From contig CAZFMC010000004.1 of NCBI GenBank assembly GCA_964520065.1, forward strand, positions 2,513 to 66,512: 64,000 nt of DNA, read 5' to 3'. Position numbers and translations under genes: made by a program. Below the pieces are notes generated by a model. That model ran no database searches. It was not told the origin of the DNA and worked only from the letters and a program-made list of their open reading frames with translations. Of this stretch, positions 10,405-20,966 are shown piece after piece. This DNA is from an uncultured Ruminiclostridium sp. (GTDB lineage: Bacteria > Bacillota > Clostridia > Oscillospirales > Ruminococcaceae). Within the stretch, counting starts at the first letter, position 1. The number at the start of each line of letters is the position of its first letter.

Positions 10405-11214
10405 ATGCTCAAGGATATTACGTTAGGACAATTTTTCCCGGGCGATTCGGTTATTCACCGTATGGACAGCCGTATTAAGATAATTCTCGAAATTATATAT
10501 GTTGTAATGCTTTTTGTAGCGTCCAATTTTTACGGACTTGCAATTGCGGGCGCGTTTATGCTTGCGGCTTTTATGGTTTCGGGGATAAAGCTCAGAATGA
10601 TGGCGAAGAGCCTGAAACCGATTCTCCCGATTGTTATTTTTACCGCCGTTCTCAACATTCTTTTTATAAAGGGCGATGGTGAACCGCTGGTGCAGCTCTG
10701 GGCGGTAACGATTTACGCCGAGGGTCTGAAAACCTCAGCTTTTATGATAATTCGGATTGTATTTTTAATTGTCGGAATGTCGCTCCTGACCTATACGACA
10801 TCTCCGATTGTGCTTACCGACGCGATTGAGAGCCTGCTCTCGCCGCTGAAAAAGCTGCGCTTTCCCGTTCACGAGCTTGCAATGATGATGACGATTGCGC
10901 TTCGGTTTATTCCGACGCTTATCGAGGAAACCGACAAGATAATGATGGCGCAGAAGGCGCGCGGTGCGAACCTCGACAGCGGAGGACTTGTGAAACGCGC
11001 AAAGGCTCTCGTGCCGATTCTGATACCGCTTTTTATCAGCGCCTTTAAGCGCGCGAACGAGCTTGCTACCGCGATGGAGTGTCGCTGCTACCGCGGCGGA
11101 GAGGGGCGCACAAGACTGCGTAAGCTTAAAGCGACAAGGCTGGATTTTTATATGACGGGGCTAACGCTTTGTACATTTGGCTTTGTTATAATCAATAATA
11201 TTGTTTTCGGTTAA
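10405..11214 (+). CDS. ecfT: ECF transporter transmembrane component
   Basis: ITLGQFFPGDS, ALRFIPTL, AQKARG, AMECRCY. Confidence 0.95.
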   Translation: MLKDITLGQFFPGDSVIHRMDSRIKIILEIIYVVMLFVASNFYGLAIAGAFMLAAFMVSGIKLRMMAKSLKPILPIVIFTAVLNILFIKGDGEPLVQLWAVTIYAEGLKTSAFMIIRIVFLIVGMSLLTYTTSPIVLTDAIESLLSPLKKLRFPVHELAMMMTIALRFIPTLIEETDKIMMAQKARGANLDSGGLVKRAKALVPILIPLFISAFKRANELATAMECRCYRGGEGRTRLRKLKATRLDFYMTGLTLCTFGFVIINNIVFG

Positions 11215-11226
11215 GGGAGTTGAAAA

Positions 11227-11967
11227 ATGCGTAATCTGAAGGTTTGTATCGCCTATAACGGCGCAGCCTACCACGGTTTTCAGCGGCAGGGGAATGCTGT
11301 TACGATTCAGCAGACAATTGAAGAACGGCTGAAAAAGCTGCTTAAAGCGCAGGTGACAATAAACGGCTGCTCAAGAACCGATACGGGCGTTCACGCGCGG
11401 CAGTTCTGGTTCAGCTTTAAAACCGAGGCGAAAATTCCCTGCGAGGGATTTGTGCTTGGAATGAACGCGCTGCTCCCCGACGATATAGCGGTTCTTTCCT
11501 GCGAGGAGGCGGACGACGATTTTCACGCACGTTTCAGCGCAAAGGGGAAGGAGTACGTTTACCGCGTAAAAAACACGCCGCAGCGCGACGTTTTCACGGA
11601 CAAGCTTGCGTTCTGGTATCATGGCGGGCTTGACGAGGAAAAAATGGACAGGGCGGCGAAGCTTTTTATCGGCAAACACGATTTCGCCGCGTTCTGTAAA
11701 GCCGAAGCAAAGGAGCGTCTTAAATCTACCGTTCGGGAAATATACGACTTCGGAGTCCGACGTGAAAACGACGAGGTTATTTTCACCGTAAGCGGAAGCG
11801 GATTTCTGCACAATATGGTGCGGATAATGGTCGGAACGCTTATATACGTCAGCGAGGGCAAACGAACCGAGGAGGATATTCTGCGTTCGCTTGAAACAGG
11901 CGAGCGTGAAACGGCAGGAAAAACAATCGACCCGCGCGGACTGTATCTCAATCGGGTTTTTTACTGA
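11227..11967 (+). CDS. truA: tRNA pseudouridine(38-40) synthase
   Basis: GCSRTDTGVHA, FHARFSA, GFLHNMVRIMVG. Confidence 0.97.
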   Translation: MRNLKVCIAYNGAAYHGFQRQGNAVTIQQTIEERLKKLLKAQVTINGCSRTDTGVHARQFWFSFKTEAKIPCEGFVLGMNALLPDDIAVLSCEEADDDFHARFSAKGKEYVYRVKNTPQRDVFTDKLAFWYHGGLDEEKMDRAAKLFIGKHDFAAFCKAEAKERLKSTVREIYDFGVRRENDEVIFTVSGSGFLHNMVRIMVGTLIYVSEGKRTEEDILRSLETGERETAGKTIDPRGLYLNRVFY

Positions 11968-11994
11968 AATACACCGCGGAAAGGAGGATAAGCC

Positions 11995-13209
11995 TTGAAG
12001 ATACCTGACGGAGAACGTCGGCAGCAGCCGACCGTCACCAAAAAAAGTACCACCGCGAAAAGTGTGAATCTTAACGTATACCGCAAGAAAAAACGCAGTG
12101 CCAAAAACGTCCTGAAGCTTACGGCAATAGGGCTTGTGCTTGTTGTATTTGCGTATATATGGGTGAATGCCGATACAATTTTCGAGCCGCTGCGCGGTAT
12201 CGCTTCCAAAATTGAAACCAAAACGTCCTCGGACGTCGGTTTTCCGATTTCGCTTCCCGGAAGCGCGGGCTATTCCTTTGAGAGCTTCGGAAATAATTTC
12301 TCACTTCTGACCGATACCTATTTATATACCTACGAAACCAGCGGTGCGCAGATTTATGCGCTTCGTCACGGCTACGCCAGTCCCGTTCAGGTAACCTCAA
12401 AGCGCCGTATTCTCCTTTACGATAAGTCGGCGTATTCCTTTGGGCTGTACAACAAAACAAGCCAGATTTACGAAAAGAAGCTCGACGACAAAATCATCTG
12501 CGGCATAATCGGAGAAAACGATATGGCAGCGATTGTAACAGGCTCGTCGCGTTATTCAAATGTTCTTTACGTTTACGACAGCGGCGGAAACTGGAAATAC
12601 ACGAGAAAGTTTGCGGACGAGAATATTTTCGCAATGGCTTTTCCCGAAAAAGGGGATTATATCTACATTTCCACAGTCGGTGTTGACAGCGGCGAAATAG
12701 TGACCTGCTTCTACAAGCTTTCGCTAAAAAGCGAGGACGGCTACGAATGGAAATATTCCGTCAGGTCGAATAGCCTTCCGTGCGGTATGTTCGCTGATTC
12801 CGGAAGAGTTGTAGCTGTCTGCGACAATCTTGTAGTTACGCTGAACGCCTCGGACGGAAGCCTTATCGGCGATTTTTCCTACAACGGAACCCTGCGTGAT
12901 TTTGTGATTAGCGGCGCGAACACCGCCATATACTATAATGATGTGTCCTCAAACCGCAATATGCTGGTATCGCTGAACGAAAAAAATGAGGCGCTGGCAG
13001 CAATTCAGCTTTCCTCAAACGCGCAGCAGCTTCTTCTTGACGGCGGACTTTACGTTCTCGACGGAGCAAGCGTCAAGCATTTTGATATACAAACCCTTGA
13101 AGTATTGCAGACGGTTCAGATGGAGTCCGATTACTCGGCATTTGTAAAGATAGACGGTGAGCTTTTTCTGCTCGGATACGATGTTGTGGATTGTGAAAGG
13201 ATAAACTAA
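11995..13209 (+). CDS. Membrane-anchored beta-rich protein (DUF5711-like)
   Basis: Basic N-terminus, one TM helix, long beta-rich extracellular domain; AGGAGG RBS before TTG. Confidence 0.6.
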   Translation: MKIPDGERRQQPTVTKKSTTAKSVNLNVYRKKKRSAKNVLKLTAIGLVLVVFAYIWVNADTIFEPLRGIASKIETKTSSDVGFPISLPGSAGYSFESFGNNFSLLTDTYLYTYETSGAQIYALRHGYASPVQVTSKRRILLYDKSAYSFGLYNKTSQIYEKKLDDKIICGIIGENDMAAIVTGSSRYSNVLYVYDSGGNWKYTRKFADENIFAMAFPEKGDYIYISTVGVDSGEIVTCFYKLSLKSEDGYEWKYSVRSNSLPCGMFADSGRVVAVCDNLVVTLNASDGSLIGDFSYNGTLRDFVISGANTAIYYNDVSSNRNMLVSLNEKNEALAAIQLSSNAQQLLLDGGLYVLDGASVKHFDIQTLEVLQTVQMESDYSAFVKIDGELFLLGYDVVDCERIN

Positions 13210-14262
13210 ATGGGTACTGAATTTTTCTGGTTTTACGACCTTCTTGTCGCGGCGATACTTATCGGAGTGACCTTTAAAAGCTTCCGAAAGGGCGGCGTTG
13301 CGGTTATAATAAGCACGGCGGCGATAGTTGTTTCGTTCGTTCTGGCGTTTTTCGGAAGCTCGATTATTGCCGATAAGATTTACGAAGGCTGGATCGCCGA
13401 ACCGCTTACCGATTACATTGACGAAACGCTTGACGACGCTCTTGGCGATATTCCGCTTGCTTCGCTTGGGGAAATTGATATGGAAAAGGCAGTCGTCGGC
13501 GGAAAATTCCTCAGCACGATTGAGCCTGAGTTTGACAGCTCCGGAACAGCCGTTCTTGACCTTTCCGACGTTGACCTTACCGAAACGGGAATTACGTCGG
13601 CTGACCTGTCGCTTTTCGGAATCGGCGAGGATTTCGATTATTCGCAGATTAAAATCGGTTCTGTGGAAATCGAGCGCGACGAGTATGAAAAACGCGGTCT
13701 GGGAGAGCTTGTCCTTGCGCACGTTCTTGCCGCAAATGTAAGTTCGGGCGAGCTTTACACCGCCTTTGAGCAGGTCGGTGATAAGATTTCCGAGGTAATT
13801 CCGCTTGTTTTCGGAGGCTTTTCCGGAGATATTTCTTCGGGAAGAAGCAGCGCATTGTACAAGCTCGTTCTCAGCATAACCGACGTGGGAAGCGGTAATC
13901 ACGGTTCAGCTGTTCTGGCGGAAATTGTCGATCCGATTGTCCGCGTTCCGATAAGAATAGCTGTGTTCGTGCTGATTTTTGCTTTGGCGGCGATTGTACT
14001 GAATCTGATTGCGAGCGCTTCTAGGATAATCAACCACATTCCCGTGGTTGCGTCGGTAAACGAGGCGCTGGGCGGGCTTCTCGGTCTTGTGAAGGCAATG
14101 ATTATCGTTCTGCTCGTCTGCATAGGCGTTCAGCTGTTGATTTCGGTTACGGGCAACGAGCTGGTTTTCCTTAACACTAACACAATTGACAAAACTATTT
14201 TGTTCAAGCATATTTATTACTTTGATTTTATTGATTTTTTCAATTCATATACGCACATTTAA
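13210..14262 (+). CDS. CvpA-like membrane protein with large extracellular insert
   Basis: N-terminal TMs with KSFRKGG and C-terminal NEALGGLLGLVKA typical of CvpA. Confidence 0.65.
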   Translation: MGTEFFWFYDLLVAAILIGVTFKSFRKGGVAVIISTAAIVVSFVLAFFGSSIIADKIYEGWIAEPLTDYIDETLDDALGDIPLASLGEIDMEKAVVGGKFLSTIEPEFDSSGTAVLDLSDVDLTETGITSADLSLFGIGEDFDYSQIKIGSVEIERDEYEKRGLGELVLAHVLAANVSSGELYTAFEQVGDKISEVIPLVFGGFSGDISSGRSSALYKLVLSITDVGSGNHGSAVLAEIVDPIVRVPIRIAVFVLIFALAAIVLNLIASASRIINHIPVVASVNEALGGLLGLVKAMIIVLLVCIGVQLLISVTGNELVFLNTNTIDKTILFKHIYYFDFIDFFNSYTHI

Positions 14263-14298
14263 CCCCCCATACCTACTGAAAAAAGAAAGGCGAAAAAT

Positions 14299-16638
14299 AT
14301 GAGCATGATGATGTGTTCGAGATGCAAGAAGCGTCCCGCAGTCGTATTTATGACGGGACTCAACGGCACGGAAAAGTTTGAGAACGGCTACTGCCTTGCC
14401 TGCGCAAAGGAGCTTGGTATTCCGCAGATTGACAGCTATCTTAAGCAGATGGGAATTACCAACGAGGACCTTGAAAGCTTTGATATGCTGTTCAGCAGCG
14501 AGCAGACGGCTAACGAGGACGATATGCCCGACGACGAGGAATATCCCGACGAGGAAGGCGACGACGAATCGGTAGACGGCTTTAAAAGAGGCGGCGCAGG
14601 AATAATACCGCCGTTTATGGAAAAATTCTTTTCTTCATACGGCAAAGCGCCCGAAAAGAACGCGGACGGTGAAGCCGATAATACGGAAAAGGAGAAAAGC
14701 AAAGACAAGAAGAAGCGTGAAAAGGGCGACAAGAAGCATAAATTCCTTGACGCATTCTGCACAAATCTGACCGCGCGCGCACGGCGCGGAGAGCTTGACA
14801 ACGTTATCGGACGTGAAAAGGAAATTGAGCGCGTTATTCAGATTCTTTCCCGCCGTTCAAAAAACAATCCCTGTCTTATCGGCGAACCCGGCGTCGGCAA
14901 AACCGCTATTGCCGAGGGAATAGCGCAGAAAATCGCAGCGGGCACCGTTCCGTTCAGGCTTCAGGGTAAGGAGCTTTATCTGCTTGACCTTACCGCGCTG
15001 ATTGCGGGAACGCAGTTCCGCGGACAGTTTGAAAGCCGCGTGAAATCGCTTATTGAGGAAATCAAGAACGCGGGAAATATTATCCTTTTTATTGACGAGG
15101 TTCACAATCTTGTCGGCGCGGGCGACAGCGAGGGTACAATGAACGCGGCGAATATGTTCAAGCCCGCTCTTTCGCGCGGAGAGCTTCAGGTAATCGGCGC
15201 AACGACCTTTAACGAATACCGCAAGCATATTGAAAAGGACAGTGCGCTTGAACGCCGCTTCCAGCCCGTAACCGTTCTTGAGCCGACTGTTGAAGAAACG
15301 GTAGTGCTGCTTCGAGGCATAAAGAGCTATTACGAGCAGCATCATAAGATAAAAATACCCGATTTGCTTCTGCGCCCGTGCGTAACGCTTTCCGAGCGCT
15401 ACATCACCGATCGTTTTCTTCCCGACAAGGCAATCGACCTGCTTGACGAGGCTTCCGCCTGCGCAAGTATCCGCAGCAAGGAGCTTACCGAGCTTGAACA
15501 GCTGACAAGCGCCGCAAAGGAGCTTGAACGGCGTGAAACGGAGCTTATGGACGAATCGGAGGTTGACTACGAAAAGGTTGCCGAGGTTAAAACCGAGCGT
15601 GCAAAGAACAGCGAACGCATAAAGGAGCTTACGCCGCTTGCGGAAAAGGTCGAGCTTACGTCTGCCGACCTTTCGACGGTTATTGAAATGTGGACGGGCA
15701 TTCCTGCAAAGAAGATTATGGAAACGGAATTCAAGAAAATTGCCGCGCTTGAGGAAACTCTCAAGGAAAAAATCATCGGACAGGACGAAGCCTGCGAAAC
15801 CGTTGCCGCTGCGATAAAGCGTACACGCGTTCAGCTGACGACAAAGCGCCGACCTGCGTCCTTTATTTTCGTGGGACCGACGGGCGTTGGAAAAACGCAG
15901 CTTGTTAAGGTGCTTGCCGAGGAGCTTTTCAGCGGAGTTGAGCCGCTTATTCGCCTTGATATGTCGGAATATATGGAAAAGCACAGCGTTTCAAAAATTA
16001 TCGGTTCGCCTCCCGGATATGTCGGCTTTGACGACGCGGGTCAGCTTACCGAAAAGGTTCGCCGCCGTCCGTACTCGGTGATTCTTTTCGACGAAATTGA
16101 AAAGGCGCACCCCGATGTTATGAATATTCTGCTGCAAATTCTCGATGAAGGCAAGGTGAACGATTCGCACGGCAGAGCGGTGAACTTTGAGAACACCATA
16201 ATCTGTATGACCTCAAATGCAGGCTCGTCGGACGGCTCTTCGGGAATGGGATTCGGGAAAACTGCCGGCGACCTGTCGAAGGAAAAGGCTATGAAGGCTT
16301 TACGCGATTTCCTGCGCCCCGAATTTCTCGGACGTGTTGACGAAATTGTCGTTTTCTCGCCGCTTACCGTTGAAAATTACACGGACATTGCGCGGCTTAT
16401 GCTCAGAGAAATGAGCGAGGCGCTTGCCGAAAACGGAATAAAGCTGAGCATTTCCGACGAGGCTTACAGGTGGATAGCAGAAAAGGCATACGGCGGAAAA
16501 TACGGCGGGCGCGATATCCGCAAGGTTATCCGCAGAGAGATGGAGGATAAAATCGCTAATCTCATTATAAATGCGGAGGCTGCACCCGCAAAAATTTCCG
16601 TAAAAACAAATAAAGCGGGAGCGCTTGTAATAAAATAA
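14299..16638 (+). CDS. Clp protease ATP-binding subunit (ClpC/ClpE-like, N-terminal Zn finger)
   Basis: CSRC...CLAC at the N-terminus; two AAA+ modules ([16 protein letters not shown]), FDEIEKAHP. Confidence 0.92.
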   Translation: MSMMMCSRCKKRPAVVFMTGLNGTEKFENGYCLACAKELGIPQIDSYLKQMGITNEDLESFDMLFSSEQTANEDDMPDDEEYPDEEGDDESVDGFKRGGAGIIPPFMEKFFSSYGKAPEKNADGEADNTEKEKSKDKKKREKGDKKHKFLDAFCTNLTARARRGELDNVIGREKEIERVIQILSRRSKNNPCLIGEPGVGKTAIAEGIAQKIAAGTVPFRLQGKELYLLDLTALIAGTQFRGQFESRVKSLIEEIKNAGNIILFIDEVHNLVGAGDSEGTMNAANMFKPALSRGELQVIGATTFNEYRKHIEKDSALERRFQPVTVLEPTVEETVVLLRGIKSYYEQHHKIKIPDLLLRPCVTLSERYITDRFLPDKAIDLLDEASACASIRSKELTELEQLTSAAKELERRETELMDESEVDYEKVAEVKTERAKNSERIKELTPLAEKVELTSADLSTVIEMWTGIPAKKIMETEFKKIAALEETLKEKIIGQDEACETVAAAIKRTRVQLTTKRRPASFIFVGPTGVGKTQLVKVLAEELFSGVEPLIRLDMSEYMEKHSVSKIIGSPPGYVGFDDAGQLTEKVRRRPYSVILFDEIEKAHPDVMNILLQILDEGKVNDSHGRAVNFENTIICMTSNAGSSDGSSGMGFGKTAGDLSKEKAMKALRDFLRPEFLGRVDEIVVFSPLTVENYTDIARLMLREMSEALAENGIKLSISDEAYRWIAEKAYGGKYGGRDIRKVIRREMEDKIANLIINAEAAPAKISVKTNKAGALVIK

Positions 16639-17330
16639 TGAAAACAGCAATTATAACGGGCGGGAGCGGCGCAATCGGTGCAGCCCTCGCCGCCGAATTT
16701 TCAAAGGATTACAGCGTTGTTATAACCTACAACGCCAATCGTGCCGCCGCCGAAAGAGCTGCGGAGCAGTTCGGGGTGAACGCCGTGCAGTGCGACGTTT
16801 CTCAGCCTAGTGAAATGAAAAAGCTTGAACCGTTTCTTTCCGACTGCCGACTGCTGATAAACAATGCGGGAATTTCGCAAATCAAGCTTTTTACGGACAT
16901 TACCGACGAGGATTGGGACAGAATGGTCGGCGTGAATCTTTCGGGAGTTTTTTACACGTCGCGTGCGGCTGCTCCCTCGATGATACGTCGGAAAAACGGC
17001 TGCATTATCAATATTTCGTCCGTGTGGGGAGTTTACGGTGCTTCCTGCGAGGTGCATTACAGCGCGGTCAAGGCGGGCGTAATCGGTATGACTAAGGCTC
17101 TGGCAAAGGAGCTTGGACCGTCCGGAATAAGCGTGAACTGCATTGCGCCGGGTGTTATCGACACGCCGATGAATGCGCATCTTTCTGCGGAGGAAATGGC
17201 TGAGTTGGTTGAATGTACGCCGCTTGGGCGGCTCGGTTCGCCCGAAGATATTGCGCAAGCGGCGCGTTTTCTGGAAAGCAGCCGTTTTACTACGGGGCAG
17301 ATTCTCGGAGTTGACGGCGGCTTTTGCTGA
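16638..17330 (+). CDS. Short-chain dehydrogenase, FabG/YmfI-like
   Basis: TGGSGAIG, NNAG, SSVWGVYGASCEVHYSAVK (YmfI-type signature). Confidence 0.8.
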   Translation: MKTAIITGGSGAIGAALAAEFSKDYSVVITYNANRAAAERAAEQFGVNAVQCDVSQPSEMKKLEPFLSDCRLLINNAGISQIKLFTDITDEDWDRMVGVNLSGVFYTSRAAAPSMIRRKNGCIINISSVWGVYGASCEVHYSAVKAGVIGMTKALAKELGPSGISVNCIAPGVIDTPMNAHLSAEEMAELVECTPLGRLGSPEDIAQAARFLESSRFTTGQILGVDGGFC

Positions 17331-17347
17331 TACTGCAAGGGGGAAAT

Positions 17348-18661
17348 ATGGAAAAATTTATTCAGCTTCGGCGAGAACACCCCGAATTTGTGTATAATGG
17401 CTACGAGCTGACCGAAAACGGGGTAACCTACCATTTTTCAATAGACGAGTTTCACTTTTACCCGAAGTGGAGCTGGGACAGTGCGCTTATTCCCGAAAAC
17501 GTGAATAGGGAAGCGCTGGAACGCATTGTTTTTTCACTTGGAATGGCTGAGCTGGTGAGCTACTGGAAGTGCGCCTGCCCGCCGACTGTCCGCGTGCTTT
17601 GCGGGGCGCTCGACGAGCGGCAGATAATATGGTGGAAGAAGCTTTATTTTAACGGGCTTGGAGAATTTTTTTACAGGAACGGCATTGACGCGGATTTTGA
17701 CAGCTTTATGACGATAATTCCCGAAAGTTCCGAAGCCGCGCCGCTGAGCGATTTCTGCAAGGAGCGCAGTGGAGCGCTTGTTCCCGTCGGCGGCGGAAAG
17801 GACAGCGTTGTTACTCTGGAGCTTCTTCGGGAAATGAAAAGCGACAACCTCTGCTATATAATCAATCCGCGCGGCGCTACGCTCGGCTGTGCGCACACGG
17901 CGGGTTATTCCGACGAAAAAATCATCGGTCCGCGCAGAACGATTGATAAAACTCTGCTTGAACGTAACGCGGCGGGCTGGCTTAACGGGCACACGCCATT
18001 TTCGGCGATTGTCGCTTTTTCATCGTATCTTTTCGCCTTCCTTACGGAAAAAAAGTACATTGCGCTTTCCAATGAGAGCAGCGCGAACGAGGCGAACGTC
18101 GGCGGTACGAAAATCAATCACCAGTACAGCAAAAGCACTGAATTTGAGCGTGATTTCCGCGAGTACTGCCGCGATTATTTTCTGCCCTGTCCCGAATATT
18201 TCAGTATGCTGCGCCCGTGGAGCGAATGGCAGATTGCGAAAAAATTTGTAACATATCCGAAATATCTGGACGTTTTTCAGAGCTGCAACATAGGCTCCAA
18301 AACCGACGTATGGTGCGGTAAATGCGCGAAATGCCTGTACGTTTACATTATGCTGGCGGCATTTCTGGAGGACGAACAGTTGGTGAAAATTTTCGGCTCG
18401 GATATGCTTGACCGTTCCGAATTTGCCGACCTTTTCAACGGTCTGGTTTTCGCTGATTTCGACAAGCCGTTTGAATGTGTGGGTACGCGTGCAGAAATCA
18501 GGCTTGCTCTTTATCGTGCGGCAAAACGCAGGTCGAAGCTGCCGCTGCTGCTCGATAATTATATCAGAAATCACCCCGAAGAACCCGAAAATCTCGACGA
18601 CTTTTTTGATAACGACAATTTTGTACCCAAAGAGCTGCTCCCGCTGCTCGGAAAGGACTGA
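17348..18661 (+). CDS. murL: MurL-like UDP-MurNAc-L-Ala-L-Glu epimerase
   Basis: SYWKC..P, PP-loop GGGKDS, NGHTPFSA, SNESSANE, NHQYSKS, WCGKCAKC, KPFECVG; directly upstream of a murD homolog. Confidence 0.8.
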   Translation: MEKFIQLRREHPEFVYNGYELTENGVTYHFSIDEFHFYPKWSWDSALIPENVNREALERIVFSLGMAELVSYWKCACPPTVRVLCGALDERQIIWWKKLYFNGLGEFFYRNGIDADFDSFMTIIPESSEAAPLSDFCKERSGALVPVGGGKDSVVTLELLREMKSDNLCYIINPRGATLGCAHTAGYSDEKIIGPRRTIDKTLLERNAAGWLNGHTPFSAIVAFSSYLFAFLTEKKYIALSNESSANEANVGGTKINHQYSKSTEFERDFREYCRDYFLPCPEYFSMLRPWSEWQIAKKFVTYPKYLDVFQSCNIGSKTDVWCGKCAKCLYVYIMLAAFLEDEQLVKIFGSDMLDRSEFADLFNGLVFADFDKPFECVGTRAEIRLALYRAAKRRSKLPLLLDNYIRNHPEEPENLDDFFDNDNFVPKELLPLLGKD

Positions 18662-18665
18662 CCTT

Positions 18666-19967
18666 ATGCTTAGCAGGCTGAACGATTTTTTTTACGGCAA
18701 GCGCGTGCTTATTCTCGGACTTGGCAGAGAAGGGCGTTCAACGCTTGAAATTCTGAAAAATATTCCCTGTACGATCGGGATTTCCGACCGAAACCTTAAC
18801 GTTACCGACGATATAAGCGGCTGCGAGCTTTACAGCGGCGAGGGTTATCTCGACTGTCTGGATAAATTTGACATTATAATGAAATCTCCCGGAATTGCGC
18901 TTCTCGACAAGGTTTCAGACGAGGTGAAAAAGAAAATCACAAGCCAGACCGACCTTCTTTTACGCTATTGTCCCAACACAATTATCGGGATAACCGGCAC
19001 AAAGGGCAAATCAACCGTTTCCTCCCTGACCTGCCATCTGCTGAAAAAATGCGGAGTTGACGCGGTGCTTGTCGGAAACATCGGAATCCCGCCGCTTGAA
19101 CGTCTTGAAGAATTTCGTGACGGTACGGTCATTGTCTGCGAAATGTCATGTCACCAGCTCGAATATGTTCAGGCTTCGCCGCAGGTTGCCGTGCTTTTGA
19201 ATGTTTTTGAGGAGCACCTCGACCACTACGTCAGCTTTGCCGCTTACCGCGCCGCTAAGGAAAACATTTACCGTTTTCAGACGGAAAGCGACCTGCTTAT
19301 AATAAACAAGGAGCTGCTGCCCGAAAACGCTGCCGCTGAGGTAATCACCGCGAGCCTCGGTGAGAATGCCGATATCTGCCTTTTGGGTGATGAGCTTTGC
19401 ATAAATGGCTTGAATATACCGTTTTCGGAGATTCACACGAATCTTATCGGTCGTCACAACCTTTACAATATCGGAATTGCAATGTGTGCGGCGGCTTCGC
19501 AGGGCTGTCGGATAAGCGATATGCTTGCGGCGCTTCCCGATTTTTACGGACTTCCGCACAGGCTTGAAAATGTCGGAACCTTCGGCGGCGTTCAGTATAT
19601 CAACGACAGCATAAGCACCTGTCCGAGTACGGCGATTGCGGCGGTACGCTCGTTTGACAAGGTTGACGCGATAATTGTAGGCGGAATGGATCGCGGTATC
19701 GACTATTCCGAGCTGACCGCCTTTCTGAACGACAGCGATATTGAGCACGTTATACTTCTGCCCGACAGCGGACGTCGGATTGAGCCGGAGCTTAACAGGG
19801 AAAAGCGCGACATATACAGCGCAAGCGACCTTGAAGACGCGGTTCGGTACGCGAAAAGCGTAACCAAAACGCGCTGTTTGCTGTCGCCCGCCGCCGCAAG
19901 CTATGGCTTTTACAAAAACTTTGAGGAGCGCGGCGAGCATTTCCGTCGGCTTGTCAGAAACGAATAA
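18666..19967 (+). CDS. murD: MurD-family ligase, probably L-Glu-adding MurD2
   Basis: LGLGREG, KSPGI, GITGTKGKST, EMSCHQL, EHLDH, GLPHRLE, INDSIST, LLSPAAASY. Confidence 0.88.
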   Translation: MLSRLNDFFYGKRVLILGLGREGRSTLEILKNIPCTIGISDRNLNVTDDISGCELYSGEGYLDCLDKFDIIMKSPGIALLDKVSDEVKKKITSQTDLLLRYCPNTIIGITGTKGKSTVSSLTCHLLKKCGVDAVLVGNIGIPPLERLEEFRDGTVIVCEMSCHQLEYVQASPQVAVLLNVFEEHLDHYVSFAAYRAAKENIYRFQTESDLLIINKELLPENAAAEVITASLGENADICLLGDELCINGLNIPFSEIHTNLIGRHNLYNIGIAMCAAASQGCRISDMLAALPDFYGLPHRLENVGTFGGVQYINDSISTCPSTAIAAVRSFDKVDAIIVGGMDRGIDYSELTAFLNDSDIEHVILLPDSGRRIEPELNREKRDIYSASDLEDAVRYAKSVTKTRCLLSPAAASYGFYKNFEERGEHFRRLVRNE

Positions 19968-20059
19968 CTTAGGCAAGAGGTTTCCCGCCTCTTAGGCGCG
20001 GGTTCCGTTTGCCACGTTGCACAACTTTTGTGACATAACGTGGCAAGCCACTTATTGAA
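19964..20059 (-). repeat. Dispersed structured repeat, copy 1
   Basis: Minus strand TTCAATAA-GTGGCTTGCC..stem..GGCAA...GCGCCTAAGAGGCGGG-AAACCTCTTGCCTAAGTTAT aligns with 57354-57446. Confidence 0.75.
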
Positions 20060-20060
20060 A

Positions 20061-20109
20061 AAAAGCCCCGCTTGCTGTCATATAAATGACAGCGGCGGGG
20101 GTTGCTTTT
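20061..20109 (+). terminator. Hairpin, probable terminator after murD
   Basis: AAAAGCCCCGC-TT-GCTGTCAT/ATGACAGC-G-GCGGGG..GCTTTT long stem. Confidence 0.6.
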
Positions 20110-20125
20110 CGGATATTTTACAAAG

Positions 20126-20162
20126 AAAAAACCTGCGGGATTCTTGGAAAACCGCAGGTTTT
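20126..20162 (-). terminator. Intrinsic terminator of the rpsF-ssb-rpsR operon
   Basis: AAAACCTGCGG...CCGCAGGTTTT stem with flanking A/T runs downstream of rpsR. Confidence 0.75.
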
Positions 20163-20178
20163 GCTTGTTATGTTTCAA

Positions 20179-20436
20179 TTAGTCAGAAACGTAAGGAATA
20201 AGAGCAATCTGTCTTGCCTTCTTAATAGCAGTTGTAAGCTCTCTCTGGTGATAAGCGCAGCAGCCTGTAACGCGGCGGGGTAAAATCTTGGAGCGTTCAG
20301 TCATGCACTTCTTAAGCTTAGCAACGTCCTTGTAGTCAATGAATTCAGCTCTGTCAGCGCAGAACTGGCAAACCTTTTTTCTGGTACGCTTAACAGGGCG
20401 AGCAGCTCTGTCGTTCATTTCCTTCTTTTCAGCCAT
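20179..20436 (-). CDS. rpsR: 30S ribosomal protein S18
   Basis: [35 protein letters not shown]; AGGAGG RBS. Confidence 0.97.
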   Translation of the reverse strand: MAEKKEMNDRAARPVKRTRKKVCQFCADRAEFIDYKDVAKLKKCMTERSKILPRRVTGCCAYHQRELTTAIKKARQIALIPYVSD

Positions 20437-20453
20437 TGTAGTATCCTCCTTCA

Positions 20454-20936
20454 TTAAAATGGATAATCGTCATCGGTGTTTGTTGTTTCAACAAAATCGT
20501 TTGCCGTATAGCTTCCGTTTGAAGCTGTCGGCGCAGAATTGGATTGTTCAGCGGGATGCTGCTGAACGGGGGGAGGGGGCGGATAGTTTCCTGCGGAATA
20601 ACCCGAGGACGACTGCGTTTTTTCGCCTGTAAAAGAGGCACGGTCTACGATAATTTCGGTAATATAACGTACATTTCCGTCCTTACCTGTATAGCTTCTG
20701 TTCTGAAGCTCGCCTTCAATTAAGATTGCGCGGCCTTTAGACCAGAAGCGGCTGATAAATTCAGCCTCGTTTCTCCAGGCAACACAATTGAAGAAATCCG
20801 ACTTGCGTTCTTCGCCCTTAGTCTGAAATCTTCTGTCAACGGCGATACTGAACGAGAGAACAGAAACGCCGCTCGGAGTTGTTTTAAGCTCCAGATCCTG
20901 AGTAATTCGTCCGAGCATTATAACCTTATTGTACAT
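20454..20936 (-). CDS. ssb: Single-stranded DNA-binding protein
   Basis: [10 protein letters not shown] fold, acidic DDDYPF tail. Confidence 0.97.
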   Translation of the reverse strand: MYNKVIMLGRITQDLELKTTPSGVSVLSFSIAVDRRFQTKGEERKSDFFNCVAWRNEAEFISRFWSKGRAILIEGELQNRSYTGKDGNVRYITEIIVDRASFTGEKTQSSSGYSAGNYPPPPPVQQHPAEQSNSAPTASNGSYTANDFVETTNTDDDYPF

Positions 20937-20966
20937 ATTTACACCCTCCTGCCTGTCTGTTTCCGA

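Noticed and set aside
18408-18665. 86-aa N-terminal extension of MurD in the ORF track
   Set aside because: Overlaps murL; the likely start is ATG 18666 after an AAGGA RBS.
19964-20162. Possible CRISPR array or integron attC site
   Set aside because: No regular repeat-spacer period, no cas or integrase gene, and no RYYYAAC/GTTRRRY pair.
19969-20178. 69-aa minus-strand ORF after rpsR
   Set aside because: Runs through terminator hairpins and the repeat; no RBS.
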